Positions 54,587-63,252 of a stretch of DNA of 64,000 bases are shown piece after piece. Each line of letters opens with the position of its first letter. The stretch's first letter is position 1. The notes below the pieces were generated by a model. It did no database searches, had not been told where the DNA came from, and saw only the letters and a list, made by a program, of their open reading frames with translations. The stretch comes from an uncultured Spirochaetaceae bacterium (lineage in GTDB: Bacteria; Spirochaetota; Spirochaetia; SZUA-6; DRHE01): contig CAZPQC010000001.1 of the NCBI GenBank assembly GCA_964588525.1, positions 25,238 to 89,237 on the forward strand, given 5' to 3'. The translations under genes and the position numbers were made by a program.

Positions 54587-54691
54587 CACGTCTGGGTTGC
54601 CGACTCAGTACTTTATCCATTCAGCCAGTTTGCCGGGTCAAACTTCGGGTCGAAGTGTCTCGGGGTGCTGAGATTATATAGTGGAGGAATC

Positions 54692-54904
54692 GTGGCAAAG
54701 ATATTCATCGATGAGAACGAAGGCCTGGAAAAGGGCCTGAAGCGTTTCAAACGCATGCGCGAGCGTGAAGGCATCGTCCGGGCCTTCAAGAACAAGCAGT
54801 TCTACACAAAACCATCGGACGAGCGCAGGGAGAAAAAGAAAAAGGCAATCCGCAGGCTGAAACGCAAGCGGGCCAGAAGCTCCCAGCGGCGAAACAGATA
54901 CTAG
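54692..54904 (+). CDS. rpsU: 30S ribosomal protein S21
   Basis: GTG start 3 nt after GGAGGAATC. VAKIFIDENEGLEKGLKRFKRMREREGIVRAFKNKQFYTKPSDERREKKKKA... matches the S21 pattern. Confidence 0.9.
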   Translation: MAKIFIDENEGLEKGLKRFKRMREREGIVRAFKNKQFYTKPSDERREKKKKAIRRLKRKRARSSQRRNRY

Positions 54905-54919
54905 GCGAAACAGATACCA
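54888..54919. repeat. 16-bp tandem duplication spanning the rpsU stop codon
   Basis: ggcgaaacagatacta / ggcgaaacagatacca (15/16 identical). The TAG stop at 54902-54904 straddles the junction. Confidence 0.9.
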
Positions 54920-55083
54920 GGCAGAGAGTTTCCGGAAATCCGGACCAATCCCGAATAGATAGCAGTTCCCTTGCCCCGTTGCAGGCCGAAGCCGTTGGCT
55001 GCCAACGGACCGGCGTAGGAAGGCATCACCGAAGAAAAAAACTGTACAGGGTGACTTCTCGCACGCTACAATCACCTGAAGTT

Positions 55084-56661
55084 ATGAAACGGGTACATCG
55101 GGCTATACCCATGCCTACCCAGACTTACAACCAGGCCACCGTACCATCGTCCGCTGATGTCGTGGTGGTAGGCGCCGGCCTAGGCGGCCTGGGTGCGGGC
55201 TTGGAACTGGCCAGGCAGGGCGCCAAAGTGCTCGTGTTGGAGCAGCACAATCTTCCGGGTGGTTTCGCCACCAGCTTCGTCCGGGGCCGCTTCGAGTTCG
55301 AGCCTTCCCTGCACCAGATGCCAATGCCTCTGCCCGATTCCCGATCGGTGAGCGTTAGGAACTATCTGCTGCAAGAGGCGGAGCTGGATCTGGAGGTGGC
55401 CGAGGTGCCGGAAGCCTACCGCCTAATTCTCACCGAGCGTTCCGTAGACGTTCGGATTCCTTTCGGTATCCAAGCGGTCACCGATCTGGTGGAAGCCAGG
55501 GTACCCGGCAGCAGGGCATCGGTCAGCCGCTACTTCGACCTCTGTCGGGAGGTTCTGGACACCCTGACCTACTTGGATCAGCACCGTGAGGATTTGAACA
55601 GAAAGGAGCTCCTGGCTCATCACAGAAACTTTCTGAATACCGGCGGCTACACGGTACAGCAGGTTACAGACGCGGTCGGGGTCCCGCCCAGGGCACAGGA
55701 GATCCTCTACGCCTACTGGTGCTTCCTGGGGGTGCCGGCCAGCCGACTGTCCTTCACGCTCTGGGGAGCTATGCTCTGCACCTACCTGGCCTCCGGCGCC
55801 TTTATCCCCCGCAGCCGCTCCCACGGCCTGGCTTCGGCCATGGTGCAGAGGATCGAAGAGCTCGGCGGGCGAGTGGAGTTCAATCAGCGGGTGACGGGGA
55901 TCGGCGTGCACGGCGGAAAAATCCGGGAGATCCAGACAGCAGGCGGATCGCGGATCCGGACCGAACGGGTGATCTGCAACGCCTCCCCCTCCCTGGTGTT
56001 CAACCGGCTGGTGGAGCCGCAGAAAGAAGTGCCGCGGCGGGCGCGACGGCTGGTCAATGCCCGGCGGCACGGCGTAAGCACCTTTGTGGTCTACCTGGGG
56101 TTGAACAAATCCCCGGAGGAGCTCGGTCTGGACGGTTACAGCTACTTCATATCCCCCCACATGGATACGGAGAGCATCTACGAGTCCACCGGCCGGCTCG
56201 AGCCCCCCTTGATGCAGGCCTCGGTGTGTCTGAACAGCGCCATACCCGACTGTTCCCCTCCGGGTACCACTATCGTTTCATTGACCTGCTGCTATCAGCC
56301 CCACGTTTGGGAGCAGGTGCCGCCGCAGGATTATTTTCGTACCAAATCTGAAATCGGCCGGGCCATGATCGGGCAGTTCGAAGATGCTGTAGGGGTTGAT
56401 CTCTCGGACCACGTCGAGGAGATCGAGATCGCCACGCCGGTGACCTTCCAACGCTACACGGGCGCCTATCGCGGCATCGTCTACGGGTACGAACCGGATC
56501 CATGGGACTCCCTGGTTCCCCGCGCCCTGGCGATAGAGAAGGAGAGTTTTTTCGAGGGCCTGCAGCTCTGCGGCGGTTATTCCACCCGCTGTCACGGCTA
56601 CGGAAGTTCGATCCTCTCCGGCCGGGCTGCGGCGCAACGTAGCCTGGAGGCGGTGAGCTGA
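55084..56661 (+). CDS. NAD(P)/FAD-dependent oxidoreductase of the phytoene-desaturase (CrtI) family
   Basis: ADVVVVGAGLGGLGAGLELARQGAKVLVLEQHNLPGG dinucleotide fold and a CrtI-like length. Start uncertain (55084 or 55111; ORF opens at 54979). Confidence 0.75.
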   Translation: MKRVHRAIPMPTQTYNQATVPSSADVVVVGAGLGGLGAGLELARQGAKVLVLEQHNLPGGFATSFVRGRFEFEPSLHQMPMPLPDSRSVSVRNYLLQEAELDLEVAEVPEAYRLILTERSVDVRIPFGIQAVTDLVEARVPGSRASVSRYFDLCREVLDTLTYLDQHREDLNRKELLAHHRNFLNTGGYTVQQVTDAVGVPPRAQEILYAYWCFLGVPASRLSFTLWGAMLCTYLASGAFIPRSRSHGLASAMVQRIEELGGRVEFNQRVTGIGVHGGKIREIQTAGGSRIRTERVICNASPSLVFNRLVEPQKEVPRRARRLVNARRHGVSTFVVYLGLNKSPEELGLDGYSYFISPHMDTESIYESTGRLEPPLMQASVCLNSAIPDCSPPGTTIVSLTCCYQPHVWEQVPPQDYFRTKSEIGRAMIGQFEDAVGVDLSDHVEEIEIATPVTFQRYTGAYRGIVYGYEPDPWDSLVPRALAIEKESFFEGLQLCGGYSTRCHGYGSSILSGRAAAQRSLEAVS

Positions 56662-57920
56662 TGGCTGTCCAGGTAAAGGGAAAATACAGGGACCTCTGGG
56701 CGTTTCTGCGCCAGCCTCTGCAGCGGCATCTGCGTATCCGCAGGGCTTCCTCCTCATTCCTGCCCCCTGACCCATTGCTGAGGCTGACCACCGCGCTTCA
56801 TCCGCAGCGGCTGGAATTGAGGATAGCGGAGATGCGTCAGGAGACCAGGCTGGCCCGCACCTTCAGGCTGGTGCCGGCAGCTACCGATGCGGGGGGTCTG
56901 CTGCCGGGCCTGCCTCCCTTCCGCGCCGGCCAGTACCTGAGCCTGGAGTTTGTCCTTGAGGGAGTACGGGTGTCCCGGCCCTACTCGATCTGCTGTTCTC
57001 CCACGGAAGCGAGGCAGGAGAATTTTTACGAGCTGACGGTTCGCCGCCGGGAGAACGGTTTCGTTGCTCCTCACATCTGGGAGCATTGGCGGCCCGGTAC
57101 CCTGGTCTCGAGCTCCGGGCCGTTGGGTCAGTTCGGCTGGGAGCCGCTGCGGGATCGCCAAGACCTGGTGTTTCTGGCCGGAGGCTGCGGCATCACCCCC
57201 TTCCGCTCCATCTGGCGGGAGCTGCGGGCAGCTCACCCGGAGGTCTCCTGCACGATCCTCTACGGAGCTGCTCGCCCCGAGGAGTTCATATTCCGGCAGG
57301 AGCTGGAATCCCTGGCGGCGGAGCTTCCCGGGCGCTTCCGAATTTGCCTGGTGGCCGAAGAGCCGGATCCCGGCTGGGGTGGTCTGACCGGTTTGCTCAC
57401 CGGGGAGCGCATCCGCGAGCTGGCCGGCAATGGTTCGGACAAGACATTCTACGTCTGCGGTCCCCCGGGACTGTACCGCTTCCTGCAGGAGGAGCTGGAG
57501 CCCTTCGAACTGCCTCCCGGAGCCTTGAGACAGGAGCCCTGCGGAGAAACAGAAGATCTGTCGGCGCAGCCGGGATATCCCGGAGCGCCGGGGGACGGCG
57601 TGTTCACCGTGAAAGTCCACCGGGGCGAGGGCATCTGCAATATTCCCGCCCGGGCTTTCGAATCGGTGTTGGTCGCCCTGGAAAGAGCGGGTTTGGCCCC
57701 GCCGGCTCAGTGCCGCTCCGGCAGCTGCGGCTACTGTCGATCCCGGATCCTCGGCGGTCGCATCTACGTGCTTCCCGGAAGCGACGGCAGGCGGGAAGCG
57801 GACCGCAAGCTCGGTCATTTTCATCCCTGCTCCTCCTATCCCCTGACGGATCTCGAAATCCGGGTGCCTGCAAACCCCCTGGGGCCGGCGGTGGAACAGA
57901 GTGCAGCAAAAACGCTATAA
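56661..57920 (+). CDS. FNR/PDR-type reductase: FAD-binding, NAD(P)-binding and C-terminal plant-type [2Fe-2S] domains
   Basis: RPYS (RxYS), FLAGGCGITPF, CRSGSCGYCRS (C-x4-C-x2-C) plus a distal Cys in HPCSS. TGATG overlap with the upstream gene. Confidence 0.8.
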   Translation: MAVQVKGKYRDLWAFLRQPLQRHLRIRRASSSFLPPDPLLRLTTALHPQRLELRIAEMRQETRLARTFRLVPAATDAGGLLPGLPPFRAGQYLSLEFVLEGVRVSRPYSICCSPTEARQENFYELTVRRRENGFVAPHIWEHWRPGTLVSSSGPLGQFGWEPLRDRQDLVFLAGGCGITPFRSIWRELRAAHPEVSCTILYGAARPEEFIFRQELESLAAELPGRFRICLVAEEPDPGWGGLTGLLTGERIRELAGNGSDKTFYVCGPPGLYRFLQEELEPFELPPGALRQEPCGETEDLSAQPGYPGAPGDGVFTVKVHRGEGICNIPARAFESVLVALERAGLAPPAQCRSGSCGYCRSRILGGRIYVLPGSDGRREADRKLGHFHPCSSYPLTDLEIRVPANPLGPAVEQSAAKTL

Positions 57921-57931
57921 AGGAGGTTGCC

Positions 57932-58795
57932 ATGGTTATCGTAGCGGATTCATCGCTTCAGCTCGCCTACGACACGATCAAGGAGCTGAACATCCAGGTG
58001 GTGGAGTATCCCCTGTTCGTGAACGGCGAGCCCTACCCGGTAAGCATGTCCATGAGCGGAGAGGAGAAGGAAACGCTCCGCCTGCTGATCAAGGACAAGA
58101 AGAACAACGTGAGCACCTCCGGTCTCAAAGAGGAGGACCTGCGGGAGGTTTTCGAGCGGTTCAAAGACCAAAAAATCCTCACCATCCATCAGTCGGCCAG
58201 GATGTCCACCATAACGGTCTCGGTACTTCAGAAGGTGAAATCTGAACTGTCCGCTATGGACATCGAGCTGTTCGACACCCATCACATGATAGCCGCTTAC
58301 ACCGTACAGGTCCTCCTGGCTGCTCGGGCCCTGCAAGCGGGCATGGACTATCCTGAGCTCATGGAAATGATGACGCGCAATCGAATGAACACCCGTCATG
58401 TGGGCTCGGTGTATGACCTATTCTTCCTCCAACGCACCGGGCGCATCGGCCGCGCCAAGGCGATCCTGGGTACGGCAATGAAGATAATCCCGCTGCTCGG
58501 TTCATCCGAAGAAGCGGGGGTGCTGCGCAACATCGGCAAGGCCAAAACCTACAAGCAGGCCAATCAAAAATTCGTGGCCACAATGGCAGAGGACGTGGAG
58601 GCCAAGAAGGCCCGTCGGGTTACCGCGGTAATCAGCCGGATCGGTCCTTACGACCGGGAAGCCAGTCATCTGAAACAGTTGATCGAGCAGCAAGGTTGGG
58701 ATGCCGAGGTTCAGATACTGGCCACCAACCACAGTGCCATGCCCCACGCGGGACCGGATTTCTACGACCTGGGTTATACGGTGCATGAAGATTGA
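57932..58795 (+). CDS. DegV-family fatty-acid-binding protein (FakB-like)
   Basis: ATG 57932 follows AAAGGAGG. MVIVADSSLQLAYDTIKELNIQVVEYPLFVNGEPY fits the DegV N-terminus. The 569-aa track ORF 57086..58795 is an upstream GC-rich extension. Confidence 0.8.
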   Translation: MVIVADSSLQLAYDTIKELNIQVVEYPLFVNGEPYPVSMSMSGEEKETLRLLIKDKKNNVSTSGLKEEDLREVFERFKDQKILTIHQSARMSTITVSVLQKVKSELSAMDIELFDTHHMIAAYTVQVLLAARALQAGMDYPELMEMMTRNRMNTRHVGSVYDLFFLQRTGRIGRAKAILGTAMKIIPLLGSSEEAGVLRNIGKAKTYKQANQKFVATMAEDVEAKKARRVTAVISRIGPYDREASHLKQLIEQQGWDAEVQILATNHSAMPHAGPDFYDLGYTVHED

Positions 58796-60404
58796 AACCA
58801 TCGGTGTTGCCGAGCTCAAGCGGGCGCTCAAATCCGCTGCAGACTATCTGCGCCTGAATACCGATATTCTGAACAATCTGAATGTGTTTCCCGTACCCGA
58901 TGGGGATACGGGGATAAACATGCTCTCCACGCTGAAACCGGCGGTCGACGCGTTGCTGGCCGATGGCGTCGGCCCGGACGCCGCTTCCGCCGGCAGCTGC
59001 GCCGAGGCCTGGGCATTGTTGAGTGAGCAGGCCAACAGGCATAGTCGTGGCAACTCGGGATTCATCCTGGCCTGCTTTGTCCGCGGATTGTCCAAACGAC
59101 TCGATGGTGCCCGGCAGATTACTGCAGAGCTGCTCCGGGGAGGATTCGAAAGCGGTTCCTATGCGGCCCGTTCCTCTCTACTGTCACCGGTGGAAGGCAC
59201 CATGGTCACCATCATCACGGCCATGGCCGAAGCCATGGGAGAGACCGATTCCGGAGATATCGTAGAGCTTTTGCAGTCTGCCCTGAAACGCGGACGGAAA
59301 GAGATATTTGAAACTCCGCGCCTATTGCCCGTGCTGGCTCGAGCAGGCGTGGTCGATGCCGGAGGCCTGGGCTTCATCTTCGTGGTCGAAGGGATGCAGC
59401 GGGGACTGATTGGTTTGGGGCCCAAGAGTGAAAGAGAGCAGGACTACCGATTCCATCCGGACCCGACGATTGCAGGGGCGGAGGCGGCAACTCCGTGCTA
59501 CCGCTGTTGTACAGAACTGACAGTGGAAAAGAAAGGGGAGTTCCCCTGGCCGGAGCTCAAAGCTTTTTTAGAGAAGCGGGGCAACAGCATCGCTTTGGTG
59601 CAGGAAGAGGAATACATCAAACTGCATATCCACACCAACGAACCGGAGGAGATCAGAGCCAAGATGGCAGAACATGGTACAATCCTCGCCTCCAAGATCG
59701 ACGACATGGCCGAGCAGATCAATGCCGGTGTCAAGATCCCTCAGGACCTCAGGGCTTTGAGCGTGCTGGCCATTGTTCCGGGATCCGGTTTCAGGAACAT
59801 TTTTTACGCTCTGGGGGCTGCCGTCTGCCTGCAGTACGGTGATCGGCTGCCCTCAAGCGGGGAGATCCTCGAGGTTCTGGAGGGGATGGACGCGGAAAAT
59901 ATCATCGTCCTGCCTAATGAAAGGAACATCATCCCTGCGGCCATGCTGGCTCAAAAAAACTCGAGCAAACAAGTCTTTCTGATTCCCACTGAAAATGTAG
60001 TGCAGGGTATCACGGCTCTGTACGGCTTCATTGATGAGGATTCACCGCAGCAGAATATCCGCAGCATGGGCGATAGCCTCGATCTGGCCGTCTGCCTGAA
60101 GGTCTATCAGAGCGAACGGGATTCCCGCTACGGAAGCGTAACGATCAAGAGGGAAGATTTCTTCGTGCTTCAGGGAGAAGATATGCTGGCCGTAGATGCT
60201 GCCCTGGCCTCAGCGGTGGAGCGTGGATTGGCTGGACTCGAGCTCGACGAAGCGGGGTGTATATCCTTCTATTGTAGCGACGCCTTTGATCAGTCCTACG
60301 CGGCCGAGCTGGAACATCGCATTCAGCGGCTGCAAAAGACTTCGGAGGTGGAGTTTCACTACGGCGGCCAGACCGGCTGCCTGCTGATCGTAGCGGTGGA
60401 ATAA
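58786..60404 (+). CDS. fakA: DAK2-domain fatty acid kinase subunit (FakA/YloV-like)
   Basis: Start set at MKIETIGVAELKRAL. NVFPVPDGDTGINM Dak2 motif; ~540 aa with a DegV-like C-terminal half; 10-nt overlap with the degV-like gene. Confidence 0.8.
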
Positions 60405-60489
60405 CCGGCTTATGCCGGTACGCCGGCAGCGGTGCGCCGTTGCGGCGCCCAGCCGGCAGGCGCCCGGACAGGGGGTGTATTTCTTGTTG

Positions 60490-61149
60490 ATGTATTTCCT
60501 ATTTCTCCTTCTCATGCTGGTGATAGGTTACCTAAGCGGTTCGGTGAATTACGCCATCATCGTTACCCGCCTACTCAAGGGCCGTGACATTCGAGAGCTT
60601 GATAGCCACAACCCCGGGGCCGCCAATGTATTCCGCAACGTCGGACCGGCCTGGGGTCTGCTGGTTGGGCTGATGGATGCTCTGAAGAGTTTCCTTCCTA
60701 TCCTATTGGGACGGCTGCTCTTCTTTGCCGGAAATACCTATGCCGATTTCTGGGCTCTTTTTCTGGTCGGCATGGCCGCGGTGCTGGGACACATGAAGCC
60801 GCTGTTTTACCGCTTCAAGGGCGGCGGGGGGCTGGCCACCGTGCTGGGGCTGTTCGTCTTCTTCGTTCCCGTGGAGTACCTCCTGGCTCTGCTGCTTGGG
60901 GGCGTGATCGTACTCAAGTTTTTCAAAGGATTTTCCTACAAATTCGGACGCTGGATACCGGTGATGTCGGTTGTTCTGACGCCCTTCATCGTCCTCTTGT
61001 TCAGCTACATCCTGGACATTCCCTTGTTCGCCCATCTGTCCATCGGTGGGCATCCCTGGTATGTCGTTGTGGGAGCCTTCGCTACCTCGACCTTCATGTT
61101 CTGCATGAACCTGCCCTTCCTGATCCGCACGGTGCAGGGACGCGGTTGA
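60490..61149 (+). CDS. plsY: Acyl-phosphate:glycerol-3-phosphate acyltransferase
   Basis: GYLSGSVNYAII, HNPGAANVFR and GHMKPLFYRFKGGGG motifs. Start approximate (TTG 60484 or ATG 60490; ORF opens at 60412). Confidence 0.85.
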   Translation: MYFLFLLLMLVIGYLSGSVNYAIIVTRLLKGRDIRELDSHNPGAANVFRNVGPAWGLLVGLMDALKSFLPILLGRLLFFAGNTYADFWALFLVGMAAVLGHMKPLFYRFKGGGGLATVLGLFVFFVPVEYLLALLLGGVIVLKFFKGFSYKFGRWIPVMSVVLTPFIVLLFSYILDIPLFAHLSIGGHPWYVVVGAFATSTFMFCMNLPFLIRTVQGRG

Positions 61150-61199
61150 TGTGCGCGGTTGAGGTGGATGGTTGAGGTCCATACCACGCCGTGCAGCGA

Positions 61200-61227
61200 T
61201 TGATCGAATCCCGCCGATCTGTATAAT
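61200..61227 (+). promoter_or_regulatory. Near-consensus sigma70 promoter TTGATC-N16-TATAAT
   Basis: Read directly. GGAGAGGA RBS and ATG 61245 follow at an appropriate distance. Confidence 0.5.
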
Positions 61228-61244
61228 GGGACGGAGAGGACAAC

Positions 61245-61712
61245 ATGATGGAACTGGATGAAATGAAGGCGGTGCAGGGAAAGTTCAATCAGGGATTGGA
61301 AAAACTCGAATTCATAAAAACCTGCCTGGCCAAGCTCAAAAAACAAACCGACCTCGATGTGGAAACAGACCCGGTAGACAAGCGGGAAGGGGTCCTCACG
61401 TTCTGGTTTGCCGGTACCCGATACTACGTGAAGATCCGTCTTACGGACCGGGGCGTCGACAATATCGGCACGGACTACAACGTCGCCATCGGCTGGCTGG
61501 ACTGGGGACGATGCGGCACGGGAGGAAACCGGGAAGCTCCGGAGCAATCCAACTACTTCGATGAGCGGGGAATCCTCTGCGAAATAGAAAAGGAAGAGTT
61601 CTACTGCAACTTCCAGAACTGCAATGAGGAAAAGCTGCGCAAGGCGATGCTCTACAAGATACGGCGCCTGGTCGGCCGGACCATCACCGTAAACAACGCT
61701 CTGACGCTCTGA
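61245..61712 (+). CDS. Hypothetical protein, 155 aa, no recognised family
   Basis: Good RBS and its own promoter. Visibly A/T-richer (by eye). The 3' end overlaps the convergent phosphatase gene by 29 nt. Confidence 0.55.
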   Translation: MMELDEMKAVQGKFNQGLEKLEFIKTCLAKLKKQTDLDVETDPVDKREGVLTFWFAGTRYYVKIRLTDRGVDNIGTDYNVAIGWLDWGRCGTGGNREAPEQSNYFDERGILCEIEKEEFYCNFQNCNEEKLRKAMLYKIRRLVGRTITVNNALTL

Positions 61713-62322
61713 TCTCATCCAGGTGGCTGGTGTCGTTTAGGCTTACCAGCGTAAACTCCCCGTCCTGTGCGGAAAAACGATTGATGGCACAGGGCTCCTG
61801 AGCCAGCCTCCAGAAGCGATCGTTTCCCAGGCCCAACACGCCCAGCAGGATCAATCTGTTCATCACGGTATGGGCCACCAGGATGATCGTTGAACCCTGG
61901 TGCTGCCGCGTCAGTTCCTGAACCGCGGCCATCCCCCGATCCCGCACGACCTGAAGTGTCTCTCCCGAGGGAATCCGGGCCGCCTGGGGTGCGTTGTACC
62001 AGGCATCCAGCTCTGCCGGCCAGCGCTCCTGCACCTGCCGGGGAGTCAATCCCTGCCACCGCCCGTAGTCGATGTCGATCAGGCCGTCGTGGAGCTGAAC
62101 TGTGAGACCGTGGGGTTGGGCGATCTTTCGGGCAGTGACCGCCGCCCGAACGAGGGGACTGCTGTAGACCGCGGCGGGCTTCGGCTGCCGGGCCAGACGC
62201 CGAGCCGTGGCTTCGGCCTGGGCCATCCCCGTCCGGTTGAGGGGAATGTCGGCACGGCCGCGAAAACGCTCGATCCGGTTCCATTCGGTTTGGCCGTGCC
62301 GCACGAGGATGATCCGGGTCAC
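61684..62322 (-). CDS. Histidine phosphatase family protein (phosphoglycerate mutase/CobC-like)
   Basis: ILVRHGQTEWN RHG motif; 212 aa. Confidence 0.85.
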   Translation of the reverse strand: MTRIILVRHGQTEWNRIERFRGRADIPLNRTGMAQAEATARRLARQPKPAAVYSSPLVRAAVTARKIAQPHGLTVQLHDGLIDIDYGRWQGLTPRQVQERWPAELDAWYNAPQAARIPSGETLQVVRDRGMAAVQELTRQHQGSTIILVAHTVMNRLILLGVLGLGNDRFWRLAQEPCAINRFSAQDGEFTLVSLNDTSHLDEIRASERCLR

Positions 62323-62324
62323 GG

Positions 62325-63242
62325 CTAACCGGTCCTTTGCAGCAGTTGATCCTCCTCTGCGAGACTGCCGTACAGGAGGGGAGATTGCGGATCGTGCAGG
62401 CGGCGGCGTTCAAGCGCGGTTTCGTAGTTGCTGTTGGCGTAGCAATACAGACAGTGATGCACACAGGTGTCGTAGGCACCGATATCCGCGCTCTCCACGC
62501 AGAGGCAGGAACCCCGCTGGGATCTGTCCTTCCTCCCTCTGAACTCCTCGCCGCTGATCCGGGAGATCAGCAGATCATCGATGCACTTGCCCGCCGGCAC
62601 CCCGGCCTCGACCATCTCGGCGCAGGCGCAGCTGGTCATCCGAATGTCCAGTGGTGCGGCGATGGCCTGCAGGCCCCGTACCAGGTCGGTCTTCCGGGCT
62701 GGAGAAACCTCCATCAACTCGAAGGCGGTCAGGTTCCGCCGGCACTTGTTGTACATCGTGAGAAAGCTGACGATGCAGCGCCGGGTCGAACCGGCCAGCT
62801 CCCGAGCCAGCTCGGCGAACAGGCGCAGATGCACTGGGGGTGAGTACTCCGGGGTAAACAGAATCGGATCGTAGCGCCAAACCACCCGCTCCGCCCCCAG
62901 ACGCCGGGCCAGGGTGAGAAAGGTGCGGAGGATTTCCTTCTTTTCCGGAAGATTCCGCTCCAGCTCGGTACCGTAGCCGGTGAGGGTGAAGAGAAAGTAG
63001 AAGGGAATGCCGAAGTCCTCCAGCTCCCCGAGCCGCTCGACCAGGGCGGCCGGGTTCTTGGTCCAGAAAACGATGCAGCGGGTTTTCACGGCGGATATCG
63101 GCACGTGATACACCAGCCGGGAGTTCACCGGATTCCGGACCAGCGCGTATCCCTCCCGCAGCCGCTTGAGCAGCCAGGGGGTGTAAAAGGCTGGAATATC
63201 GGTTCTCCTGCTGGCGCTGATGATCATTTGCGCGCGGTTCAC
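62325..63242 (-). CDS. DUF1848-family protein
   Basis: MIISASRRTDIPAFYTPWLLKRL N-terminus and a C-terminal Cys cluster (CVHHCLYCYAN), as I recall for DUF1848. Confidence 0.65.
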   Translation of the reverse strand: MNRAQMIISASRRTDIPAFYTPWLLKRLREGYALVRNPVNSRLVYHVPISAVKTRCIVFWTKNPAALVERLGELEDFGIPFYFLFTLTGYGTELERNLPEKKEILRTFLTLARRLGAERVVWRYDPILFTPEYSPPVHLRLFAELARELAGSTRRCIVSFLTMYNKCRRNLTAFELMEVSPARKTDLVRGLQAIAAPLDIRMTSCACAEMVEAGVPAGKCIDDLLISRISGEEFRGRKDRSQRGSCLCVESADIGAYDTCVHHCLYCYANSNYETALERRRLHDPQSPLLYGSLAEEDQLLQRTG

Positions 63243-63252
63243 GACTCCCGCT

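Noticed and set aside
57086-58795. 569-aa ORF that seems to extend the DegV gene far upstream and overlaps the FNR-type reductase gene.
   Set aside because: The first ~280 codons are an R/G/P-rich out-of-frame read of the reductase gene. The DegV homology begins at MVIVADSS, at ATG 57932, which has an AAAGGAGG RBS.
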